Positions 37,549-49,379 of a stretch of 64,000 nucleotides of DNA are shown piece after piece. The number at the start of each line of letters is the position of its first letter. The first letter of the stretch is position 1. The DNA lies in NCBI GenBank assembly GCA_973895155.1, contig OZ316897.1:9633832-9697831 (forward strand), in the 5' to 3' direction. Below the pieces are notes generated by a model. The model saw nothing but the letters and a program-made list of their open reading frames with translations, was not told where the DNA came from and searched no databases. Position numbers and translations under genes: made by a program. The stretch comes from Marsupella aquatica. Taxonomy: Eukaryota > Plantae > Marchantiophyta.

Positions 37549-40500
37549 GAAGGGACTGCTCAATCTACTGCTAAATAGCAATCATCGGCTATCTCTTCTA
37601 CCCTACAAAGAGATTAGGGATTTGGTGGAGAGTTGGGAACCACAGCTTGGCCCTAAGTTAACAGGGGAGGAGAGACGTCGCATGCATCGATTCCTGAAGA
37701 GTTATTGGAATTGTTTTGCATTCAGCATGAAGGATTTGGGGACATTGAAGGGCCCTGGTATTCAGATTGAATTGGCTAGTGATGCGCCAATCTTTCGTAG
37801 ACCATACCGTTATAGTGACATGGAGAGAGCTCTGATTCAAAGCAGAACTCAAGATTTGTTGGAGGCTGGATTGGTGGAGATTTCATATGGGGAGTATGCA
37901 TCTGCCACAGTGATGCCAGCCAAGAAGGATGTGCATGGCAATTACACAGATAGGCGCATGTGTGGTGATTACAGACCTATTAATCGCCAGACAAAATCTG
38001 ATCGATATGCCATGCCCACACCTGAGGAGATCTTTGATGCTGTGGGGCATGCAAAGGTTTTCAGTTCATTGGATCTGAGGGCAGGATACCATTAGCTTCC
38101 AATTAGGCATGCTGACAGGTCCAAGACAACATTCTGGGGGATTGATTCTTATGGCAAAGATCGTTTATATCAATGGTTATTCTTACCATTTGGGTTGAAG
38201 AATGCACCAGCTGAGTTCCAGAGAGTCATGGATCGAATCCTTGCAGGTTTGGATTTTGTCAGATGTTATATTGATGATATTTTGGTCTATTCTTCTACTG
38301 TGGAAGAACATCAGCAGCACTTGCAGATTGTGTTGGAGAGATTGAGAGCACATGGGTTGAAGCTCCATCCTGGCAAGTGTAAGTTCTTCCAAGACCAGAT
38401 TGAGTATTTGGGCCACACTATATACCCAGGGGGATTGGGTGTACAGCAGACTAAAGTGGAGGCCATTACACAGATTCCTCATCCTACTGATGTGAGCAGA
38501 GTTCGTGCATTCTTGGGATTGGCGAGCTACTATAGGAGGTATGTTAAAGGATTTAGCCAGCTTGCTAAACCTTTAACCATACTCACTAAGTTGGATCAGG
38601 AATGGACTTGGGGTGATGACCAAGAGCATGCCTTTCAGGAGTTGAAGCAAAGGTTGGCATCATCCCCTATTTTGAGAAGATCCATTTCAGGCAGACCATT
38701 TCAGCTACACACTGATTGGAGTGGAGTAGGACTTGGAGCAGTGCTGACTCAAAAGGATGATGAGGGGAATGAGTTTGTTGTGGCTTATGCCAATAGATCA
38801 AACAATTCAGCAGAGGCTAAGTATAGCTCTTATGAGGGAGAGTGTTTGGCAGCAGTGTGGGCTGTTGCACACTTTCGTTGCTACTTGTTTGGTAACCCCT
38901 TCACCTTGATCACTGATCATCAGCCTCTTAAGTGGTTAATGGAGTCTGACAAGCTTACAGGGAAGCTTGCACGATGGGCATTGTTGTTACAGGAGTATGA
39001 TTTCCAGGTGGTGCATAGGCCTGGAAAAGTGAACTTGGATGCAGATGGATTAAGCCGCAATCCATATACCAGTCAGCAAGATGAGACTGGAGCTAGATGG
39101 CATGATGAGTCAGATAAGGAGATGGTGCCAGGATGGCATGCATCTGCCTTTCTTTGTTGGGTGCCAGCATACAGTGGATCTATGGACTCTACCTCATTGG
39201 ATGGAGTGGATGATGAGTCTTCAGATGTGGATGTTGGTGAGGTAACTTCTGGACAACAAGATATTCACAATGATGTGAGAGTGTTGGAATATCTGCGCAG
39301 TGGTTCTATTGTTGGCAGTGTTGATGCCAAGGAACGTGACAGGGTTCTACAGAGAGCCAAGAGATTTCGATGGGAGGGAAACCATCTTTTGAGAGTACTG
39401 CATGATGGTAGGATGTTGGTGGTACCAAAACCATCACAATGAGTACATTTGGTGCGACATGCGCACGAGGAGTTGGGTCACTTTGGTGTGAAGCGCACTT
39501 ACAGCTTGCTGCAGACACAGTATTGGTGGCGTGGTATGCACACTCATGTCCAACAGTTGATAGCTAAGTGTGTGGTATGTGATAGAGTGAGAGCATCATT
39601 TAATGCTCCCACTCCCCAGTTGCACCCATTGCCGATCATGGGTTTGGGATATCGTTGGAGTTTGGATTTTGCTGGTCCATTACCTCTTACCCAACGTCAT
39701 AATCGGTATGTTTTGGTCATGGTGGAGCACTTCTCCAAGTGGATTGAGCTAGTGGCGTTGCCAGATAAAGCCAGTGGAGGAGTTGCTGCTACATTTTTGG
39801 ATCGTGTACTCAGTCATTTTGGAGCACCAGCTGAGGTGTTGACTGATCAAGGAAGTGAGTTCCATGGAGAGTTTGAGAGTTTGTGTGAACAAGCTCTGAT
39901 TGATCATCGTACTACCTCTCGTGATCATCCTGAGGCAGATGGATTAGCTGAGAGAGTTGTGCAAACTGTGAAGAGAGGATTGCGTAAGTATGGCTTGCAG
40001 GTTGGTCATCTGGGAGATTGGGATCTCCAGCTACCTTGGTTAGCTATGGGCTACCGTTTCAGTCGGCAAGCATCACTTGCATCCTTCTCACCTTACTTTT
40101 TGCTCTATGGTAGAGAGCCAGATTTGCCAGCAGCTATTCGTTGTGATGCTGCATCAGTTGTGAACTTGGATGATCCTGATGTTTGGGTCAAGGTGTGTTC
40201 AGAGAGAGCATGGGTATTCCAGCGAGTGATGCCCATGGCTTTTGACAACCTTGCTATTGCCCAACATCGTGATACTTTGAGGTATGTCACTATTCGTGGA
40301 GGAGGTTACCGTGCAAGCATTCGACGATTTCATCCTGGTGATTATGTTTATTTGCAGCAGATAGCACCCACCACACTTGATGTGACCGCAGGCTGGCCAA
40401 TCTTACGTGTGCGTGAAGTATTGCCTTCTGGTGTCCTGATGTTGGAGGGACGCGATGGTATGGTTTGGAAGGATCATGTGCGCAACTGTGCACCATGCCA

Positions 40501-40702
40501 CCTTCCCAACATTGATGGTACAGTAGATCCAAGCTTGGCACATGTTCGTGCTGGCTTGAAATGTATGTTGTGTGGATCTGCTCAGGGAGCAGCTACTATA
40601 TTGATTTGTGATCAGTGTTCTAGAGGATGGCACATGTCATGTTTGACACCACCATTGCAGGTGATTCCTAGTGGATCATGGTTGTGTCCTCAGTGTCGGT
40701 GA
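37502..40702 (+). pseudogene. Retroelement pol: reverse transcriptase - RNase H - DDE integrase - PHD finger, with two in-frame stops
   Basis: RT: RMCGDYRPIN, LDLRAGYH*L, LPFGLKNAP, YIDD. RNase H: LHTDWS, TDH, DADGLSR. Integrase: HAHEELGH..CVVC, SLDFAG, LTDQG, GLAER. PHD: CMLC..LICDQCSRGWHMSC..GSWLCPQC. Stops at 38093 and 39440. Confidence 0.95.
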
Positions 40703-40866
40703 AGCCGACTAGTTATCATTTGTGTTCTCTTGGCAGATATGGATTGCAGGTAGGTGATCGATGGGGCTCACTTGCACCCGGCCTCCTGATCTTCACACCT
40801 AAAAAGGTGTATATCAACCTTGTAGAACTCATGGCTAGCTAGAGTTAGGGGACCTTACTCCCAGCT

Positions 40867-40877
40867 AGGGGGGCGAT
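40867..40877 (+). promoter_or_regulatory. Polypurine tract
   Basis: AGGGGGGCGAT lies directly before TGTGGG, the start of repeat B1. Confidence 0.7.
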
Positions 40878-41492
40878 TGTGGGTTTTGGACATGTGTGGA
40901 CATGAGTTCCACTTGTATTCCATTCTCTTGTATTTATGATGTGGCAGTGTGACTATGTCTGGATGTATGTGACAAGCGATGTATGTTGTGTAGCGATATG
41001 TATGCGCACGACAGCTGTCACACCATTCTGAGTAGTGTATTAGTATATCGTGCTATTAGAGTATGTACGTTTGGTATGAGTGCTATTGGAGCCGATAAGG
41101 TTCTGTCAGGTTTGTGTGAGAGGGTACTTCTCACTTGTGAGGCATTGAAAGGTCATCTTTCAATGTTGAGCCTTGGAGAGAGAGGAGCTTGAGGAGCTTG
41201 AGTGTGGCTATGGTGACTGTGAGCTCCGCTTGTGTAACGTGGATTCCTTGAGTAGTGCAAGGTGCGTTGGCTTGACATACGTGTGTAATCAGATCAGTGC
41301 GGGATCGATGGGGTATTGTTGACCGGGATCGTTGCACCGATTGTATGGGAGATTATTGTGGGTTTTGGACATGTGTGGACATGAGTTCCACTTGTATTCC
41401 ATTCTCTTGTATTTGTGATGTGGCAGTGTGACTATGTCTGGATGTATGTGACAAGCGATGTATGTTGTGTAGCGATATGTATGCGCACGACA
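40878..41492 (+). repeat. 3' terminal block B1(40878-41013)-GC-A2(41016-41355)-T-B2(41357-41492)
   Basis: B copies are 136 bp and differ at one position. B1/A2 junction is the palindrome GACAGCTGTC. Confidence 0.95.
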
Positions 41493-43399
41493 TTTATCCA
41501 TTCATGTGATCATTCTGTAGTTGCTTGCACATAATGTTTTTGTCATATATGCCATGTAGGGAGGATCCAAATAGACCTGCAGAAATGATATCCTATGGTG
41601 GGGGATTGTACCATTTATCATGGCCAGTTGCTTCATCAAACAAAAGGAGAGCTCGTCTTTTGAGGCATGGTGATATTGTTACAAAGTTCTCAACATTTTG
41701 TCAGGCCATTGACGAGAGCCTTGTTGAGCTAAATGCTCCCCTTGAGTCTTCATTGGATGCCGAAGACTGCATGGTCTTACGTTGAGACCATTCCTAGTCA
41801 TCAGTGTGATATTGTTTTCCACAAGTTGGCATCATTAGTTGGCAACTTCTTTGACAGGACAACCTTTCCTGGGAAACTTACATCAGCCATACATGCCACT
41901 TGGGAGACATTTGGCAATTAGTTTGTTCTTCATATTTTGGACTTAGTTTGTAATTGTCAAGACCTTGTATGGGTGTTTGTTCAATTGTTTGCTTCTGTGA
42001 TATTTACTTCTAAATCATCTCTTTCCTCAACATTTCAATTTTTCGGGGAATAGAGTGTTGACATGGGTTCTTTGTTATAGTATTTTGGTATATTTTGGCC
42101 TGTGCCCCTGGCTGGCCTTTGTCATATGTAGGGATGGAAGTCTTGTTGGATGGCCACAAAATGGGTTCAAACCCACTTGGGAGTAGTTGTTTTCTCAATT
42201 ATAGAAAGACATAATAAGGAAAGTGGGCATTTTCCCTCTCTTTGCTAGACTCTCCATATAGCAGTCTCAAAACAATTGTCCCTTTCATATGTCCACCATT
42301 GAAAATATTTTTAAGCATATTCAAATTTTGGGTTTATCTTCTATATATATTACAGATTCTTATGGTAAACTGAAGTAGGAAGGACCACATTTTGGTGGTC
42401 CATGGGAGTTTGGGGCCCATGACTTGATGATTATGAGTCCTATAATAGTCTTTAGTTTTTCACTTGCAATATAACTAGAGAGGAGGAAGTCAAAGTGAGG
42501 CAAGTCCAAATATTTCATTTTAACACACTGCAAATTAATCTAATGGAATAACTCTTATTTCTTTGATGAGATACTCAACCAAAATTCCAAAAGTACACTC
42601 AGTTTGATGGAAGAGTAGCTTACGCACTTCTCTAGCATATACTCAAAACTACAAAATATTTGAATTTATAAACATTGACTTTTTTCAATTAAAATAAAAT
42701 TGGACCAACTTTATTGTCCACGGGCTTTTGAGTTCCCCTAACACATTTTTCTAATGTTTGAGAAGATAATTATGATGGAAGTTTGTGCTCTCAAAATAAA
42801 GTGTTCTAACTTAGTATGTTTTCTACATACTATCCAATCTGGATTACCCTATGTATTTTTTTAGTCTGGATTACAATAAGCATTTTTTAACTCCAGGAAA
42901 TAATGTAAATGGCCAGTGTTGTGTTTACTTGTTGTTAGTTTTCTACTTTGAAACTTATGCATACCCTATGTAGTACATGGTCAAATGCACAGTCAGTTGA
43001 CAATTTTATATCTATAAACACTGTCTTTCATGCAGCAATTCCAATCTCATGCATCACCATCAAGAACTTAAATAGTGTAACACATTGCATTCTGGAATCT
43101 ATTATTACACCTTTCAATATTCAACATCCCAAAGCTTTACTTCTTTATATTCTTGCCAGGGTGCAATGGTACAAAGATAAACCCTTCAAACTAAAGCAGG
43201 CCTGAGTCTAAACAACTAAAGGTCTTCCTAAAGTATAATTAGAGTTTAGGAAGATGTGGGTGAAGAGACATACCTCTTCACCGAAAATATCCTAAAGTAG
43301 ATGTGAAAGAACTAGCTACAAACTAATAAATGCTGAATGGTGGTGCCCTGAAGAAAATAAGTGGTGCCATGAGTAAAAATTAATAACCTAAACATGAAC

Positions 43400-45625
43400 T
43401 CAACGCCGGTCTATGGGTGAAGGTTGAACAATGAGTGGTGGTAAGTTTGCAACCCAACCAAGTGACTTTCGACCTTTTGAAGACTTCCCAAATTGCTGAT
43501 TCTTTCGTAGTTGAGCTCTTGTCGTAAGTAGCAATCGGATGTGACGTTCTTGGGCAGGAACTCCATCGGGTCCAACCCAACAGGAGAATACTTCAGGCCA
43601 AGGAAAGTCAGGGTCTGGAAAAGGTAAGGGAGGGTGAATATGGGTGCAATGATAAGCCCACGACCATACATCAGAAGATTCTAAGGTATCTCTCCTTGGT
43701 ACTTCTATGGGTAGGAGTAGTTTAGAATCAGCAGGATTGGGTGCATAAGTAGATACAAAAGGAATGTGTCGACCATGGATTGTACGGAATGGTATAGGGG
43801 GGAGAATGGCAATGTTCCGTAAGGCATAAGAATCCACTAATTCCTTAAAATGAAAATCCCACACTAAGGGTGCCCATCGAGACACATGTTCCATAGGTTC
43901 ATGAGTCTGAATTGGTTGTGCAGTAAGGACTTCAGGAATTTTACCTTTATCCCTATTCAAGGTAGAAGAAGATGGCAGAGGTGAACTCGCGGGTACGTCC
44001 GGTGGTACCACAGTATCATGCCAAGGTAGAGAAAAAATAATGGAAGGTGTAGGAGAAGAGTTCACCAAATCTTTATATGCTGCTTTGATTGGATCAGGTG
44101 TAGTTGATGGCTGCTCCTCAGGTACAGTATTCTTCTCTGAAGGTAGAGGAGGATTGACAGCAATAGGGACTGAAATTCGCTCTTCGTGAATGTCCCCTAC
44201 TGATTTGACCTGCTGAGATGGTGCATTCTTTGTTGAATCCTGGTCAGTGATGACAACATCAATCGGATCTTCATCAGCATAGTGTGTAAACTCCACAGCG
44301 AATGGCTCAAGCAAGGGATCCGGCAGACTGCCTTCCATTAAATCCTCCTGCTTGGAATGTAGCATCGGTTCCTCAATTAAATGATCAATGGTCATCTCTA
44401 GAGGTACCATATCATCACAGTCTTTAGAATCAGAATCATCTTCCCCCTTTAACTCTCCAGATTGCTTATTTGTGTTGGGTTCCTGCATGAGAGCCTCTGT
44501 AGCTGTAGGTGAGGTGGTAATTTCCACCAATACTTCCTCCATAGGTAACTTGTCCTTCCAAGCTGAAACGGAAACAGTAACAGGGATATCCGTAATTTCC
44601 TCAGGTACGGTGGCATCAACAGCAAAATCAGGAGAATCATGTTGGGAACTAATAGGATCATCACAGTCCACATGATCGTAAGGATTAAATCCTGATGGTT
44701 CTCCAGGATGAGTCGTAGGTGCTACGGAAGTGAACTGATAAGTTCTGATGTTCTCTTCTTGTGATGGAAAGGGAAAAGAATCATGTGCCTTGTCGGTCAC
44801 CACATCATGTTTGAGTCTCTTCACAACTGTAAGCAATTGATCTCGATCGCAGGTCAGAATTTCAGTGAGTTCCTTCACTAGTTTGTGATCAGTCAAGGGG
44901 ATTGGCTTACTCGGGGCACTCTTGGGAGGATCAGGAAAGACAATCTCTTTCCACCTTCAGCTTTCTTCCAGATTCAGACAACCTGCTGCATGATAAATGT
45001 GTGCAAGGAAAGGAGCTACGTATGTAAAGGAAGGATATTTCAATAAGCATTGGGCCTGGTTTTGAATGAGCTCTAACAAGACTTTAGCCCAATTCACCGT
45101 CAATAATCCTTCTAGTGATGCTACGACAGTAATGGCAATAGTCAGCATGATACGCCCGGGCCTGTCAGGATGAAGGATTGGATTCAGGAATTCAAACAAC
45201 CTCTGTAATTCAGGATCGATGCAATGTTCAATCTTCCACCCCTCTTTGCGCTTCCTGTTTTCTGATTTGAAATACTTGTCAGCAACATTAGAAAAAGGGC
45301 CATTGGGATCACACCAATCATCTCCGGACACTGGTAAAGAATAAGCCTTGGCAATCAGCGCTTTAGTCCAATTTGGAGGTTGAGCACGGATGGAACCTTT
45401 CACTCTGGTCGCGCGTGTTGCTGGCATCAAATCAGCAATCAAACTTGAATGACTGACATTCCAGGGCAAGCAAAGGAGATGAGCTAGGCGTAGTACCTTC
45501 AATTGGACTTGTAAAGATCTAAGTTGCCCAGGATCGGAAGGAATGACTGCCCGAATCTCCCTGGACTTTGGTAGCTTCTGAGGCGCAGTCGGTGACATTG
45601 GCTCCTTCCTTTTTGACCGAACCAT
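43400..45625 (-). pseudogene. TE-associated protein (~740 codons, one in-frame stop): plant-transposon-type N-terminal domain, acidic/Pro-rich linker, unknown C-terminal domain
   Basis: ORFs 44957-45625 and 43400-44896 are in frame across a TGA. CIDPELQRLFEFLNPILHPDRP..VNWAK..APFLAHIY resembles accessory ORFs of bryophyte retroelements (from memory). Confidence 0.55.
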
Positions 45626-47025
45626 GTTTTACCAGCATAAGATTCCCAACAGAGTGCTAGTGGCGGCCTTCGGAACTTAGTCGCAAAAAGGAGGAAAACC
45701 GAAAGTCGGGATGACATTGTTTTAGGGTTGGTTGATTGATGCTTACCCGAGGCTTCAGGTGACAGGTGTAACTCTTCCAGAGACATGTAACCATCCCGGA
45801 AACTTAAGTAGTGGTGCCCTTATGAGTGTTAGTGGTGTCTTATGTAATTTTCATTTGTGGAAGGTCGTAAACACTAAAAAATATATAATTCTCACCTTTC
45901 TAAAATAACTCCCAAGATTACAACTTAACACCCTAATCACACCCTAAAAATGTGAGAATGATCAAAGTATGTGTTTATGTTAGAATGCTCAGAGAACATC
46001 TCAAATTTTCATCAAAATTTCCTGTGGAGGTTAAGCACTCGAAAATTTTTTATCAGTCCAATTTTTAATGATTACTAGACAAGTTACGAATCTGGTTTAG
46101 TCCAACACTACTAATCTGGATATATTAGTCCAAAGGGGTTGGTAAAGGGCCAAATTTGGACGATGCTTTCATAAGTGAGACAGTCCTTGTGCTTAACATG
46201 CAAGCACGCGCTCTCCACACTGTGGTGTGCATGCTTTCATTGCTTACTCAGCTTGACGGTAAGAATAAAGTAAGTTGATGGTTAGGAGGTGGAGAACTTC
46301 AACTGTACATATATTGAGCTGCATTTGATATTTGCATAATTAAATTCTCCACCAGAGCAAGTTCTACGGACACACAGCTCCCCCGCCCCCTTGTATTGTG
46401 AGTGTCAGCATTGCCAGTATTTGTTTAATTGACTAATATTCACCACAAACTTACCTCCTCCATGACTCCCTCATACTACAAAAAATTCGAGGAAAATAAA
46501 CTAAATCCACCATAATCTGCCCTGCAGCTCCAGCCCTTGGAAGATTTTGCAGCTGTCCATAAGATCAGACAAGTGAAGATCTCATGGCTATAATTCATAT
46601 ACTGAGGGAAAATTATAAATAATTATTGGGCAGGTCCAACCTCTTTTTCTTGCCAGTTCAGCTCTCTAACAAATGAAAAAGCAACTGAGGCTAGCTTATG
46701 GAAAGGGTGGGGGATTCTAGCTATAAAAAAATCAATTGGTTTTTATAAAAGATGTCCCCTAGCAAAAAACAACAAAATTGATGAAAATGTATACTAAAAA
46801 AATTGCACTTCAGTCTTGACGTACACTGGTCAATAAATAATACCACAAATAGTGACTAATTAATTAGTTGTGAACAAAAGGGAAAAGCCACACACAAAAG
46901 ACAAAGGAGAAAACAAAGTATAAAAAGGAAATGAAAGGGAACAAAATACACAAAAGACAAATGTGAAAAGGTACCATACAGAAAAGATATAAAAGGGGAT
47001 GGTATCCAGAGGTATGTATTTTTCC

Positions 47026-47141
47026 CAATCCAGGGTCACAAACAAATATATTTTAAATCTAATGGCTGGGATTGATTCCCGTTTCCAATCCAGGGTCACA
47101 AACAAATATACTTTAAATCTAATGGTTGGGATTGATTCCCG
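47026..47141. repeat. 60-bp tandem duplication
   Basis: caatccagggtcacaaacaaatata.tttaaatctaatgg.tgggattgattcccg occurs twice. Confidence 0.9.
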
Positions 47142-47579
47142 CCAATTCTAGTTTCATAACCTGACAATGCCTACAAAAAGAGGGGGATTGTTTATAATTA
47201 TAGTGTGTAGATACCCCTTTTAGAAGTAACCACTATATATCACAACATTAAGTACAAACAGTTCACGATAATTAGAATAGAATCGAATTGACTTTACTTC
47301 TATCTCATTGAGTCTTATATTGTACAACTCATGAGCTTGTGCTGATGACCTTTGAATTGTAGCTACATGCTTTCAAATTGAAGCTAAGCCATTGTTGTAG
47401 TACAAAAACAAACACTTTACTTATTTATAACTTTTGAATCAAATTAAAAAATAATAATTTCATTGGGGTTCTTCTCACACCTGCTTCTATTCATCACTTC
47501 TTTCATATTTAAGTATTAACAATCGTGCAAACTCTAGAAGATATGAGATATTCAAACATGTCATCAGATGGCCAAATTA

Positions 47580-49020
47580 CTAAACAAGCGTGGGTTTCTT
47601 CCATTGTTGCCTACTTGTCGGGTAAGTCACCTTCTTTTTTGACTCAAGTTGCTCCTTCTTATGAGAAATTTTGTTTTTTCGTTGTAAAAGTTGATAAAGA
47701 GGTAGATTGACTGCAACAACTCCAACATAAGTTGCATTTGAAGTTGGAATTCTGTATCCTGTACCATGGAGAACACTGCTCCTGAATGCAAACAAATCTC
47801 CATCCCCAATTGGTAGTCTAATTCCATATTCAGGAATTACAAAATCAATTGGAGACACCTCAGCATCAGGATGGCTTGCATCTAAACTATCTAAACTAAT
47901 GCAAACTAAAATCTGTAATATCCTTATCCATGTGCACTTGGCTACAATAATCTTTTGAGATATATTTTGATAAGCTGACGGGCCAGAACACTCCAACAAT
48001 CTCTCCCATTCTGTCTTTTCATATATGATGTCAGTTAGGTATGGATTTGAAAACTTGAAAAAACTATCCGACACCTCTGGGCACCACCAAAGATACAAGG
48101 CCAAGATTATGTCCGTCAATTCAGTATGTGCATACTTGTCAATAAGCTCCTCAAATTGTCCAGCCAAGTGACATTCTTGCAAAATTTTGCTCATTTTCAT
48201 CACATGGGTAAAAAATGAAACTTTGTTTGGTGCATCCTTCTGAAATCTGTGATAGAAAGGCCCAAATCCTGACATGTGGCTATCCAAAGAGCGTTTTTCT
48301 TCTGCACGGCTCAAGGCAGGATGAGCATTGAACAAGTTAACAAGTATTGATCTAATTTGCTTCAAACTCTCTCCTTTTAAAATCTTTTGTGTGATCATAA
48401 TTGCTATCAGAATGGGCCTTGAACCAGAACGATCATAAAAATAAGTACATTGTTTTTGCTTCACTTGAATGATGAATTCAGTTGACATTAACCTGTAAAA
48501 TCTTCTATCTTTCAGTTTTAATGATTCCAAGAAATCAATGTCCCAATCACCTAGAAAACATCCATTATACTGTTGAAGAAATGAATCATTGAGTTTTGAG
48601 ACACCAATGTCAATCTTAGAAAATGCTGTACAAGATTGTGAAGCCTCAATTCTTTGTTGATACATTGCATCAATGTCAGTATTTCTCAATGCCGCACCAT
48701 AAATTCGGATTGGCTTGGGAAAACTCATCCAACTTTGAGGATTGTTGAAGAAAAGATCAATCTTGGTCCACTCATCAGAAGAAAAAGTCTCATATCGAAA
48801 GCTCTTACAATTGTGATATCCATTGAAAAAATAGCCCTTTTTGAACTTCCCCAACCTCCAAATTCAAAACACTTTCAACAAAAAGTTTGAAAGAACCCTG
48901 TGTTTTCAGTATCCAATTCAAAGCAAATATTTCCTTGTCCTTCAATAGCCGAGATAAGTATTTCCACATCATCACAAATATACGGATTGACCGGTCTTCC
49001 CCTTTTGTCAACTTCTGCAC
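47580..49020 (-). pseudogene. TET/JBP-like Fe(II)/2-oxoglutarate dioxygenase with frameshifts (CACTA cargo)
   Basis: Main ORF has MSGFG and DFVIPEYGIRLPIGDGDLFAFRSSVLHGT (distal His at 47766-47768). The overlapping frame 47896-48018 reads ..YISKDYCSQVHMDKDITDFS (HxD at 47926-47934), just N-terminal of that block. Confidence 0.65.
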
Positions 49021-49379
49021 ATAAGCCAAACAATGTTGATAAGAGAATAGAGACAAAGTGCTTAATTCTAAAAAATGAATGCAAAAAGACCAAAATAAAT
49101 CTATGTGACCAAAGTGAACATCAAAGCCAAAGTTTGAGCCCTTCAAACTTAGCCTAAAAAGAACAAAATTTAAGACTCCACCATCCACTTTTAGACCCTA
49201 AACTACCAACCAAAATGATTTAAGAGAAGTTTGTCCCACTTATAGTAACATTAATATTCCAATCTAAGCAAGAATGTCCAAAACACCAAACAAACCATCC
49301 ATGTTTACTGCACTGGAAGGATAACATTCCCAAGTGAATATTTGAGTTAAGTTTACATAAACCACACCCAGTCTAACAT

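Larger units (their letters stand above)
31947..41492 (+). mobile_element. Ty3/gypsy retrotransposon carrying a C5 DNA methyltransferase and PHD finger, with split direct repeats (A1-internal-B1-A2-B2), 9546 bp
   Basis: Ends are TGTC...GACA, flanked by TTTA at 31943-31946 and 41493-41496. Domain order gag-PR-DNMT-RT-RH-INT-PHD. PPT precedes B1. Confidence 0.93.

Noticed and set aside
31947-41492. DIRS/Ngaro/PAT tyrosine-recombinase element, suggested by the split repeats
   Set aside because: It encodes an aspartic protease and an HHCC/DDE integrase, has a PPT and an apparent TSD, and no tyrosine recombinase ORF was seen.
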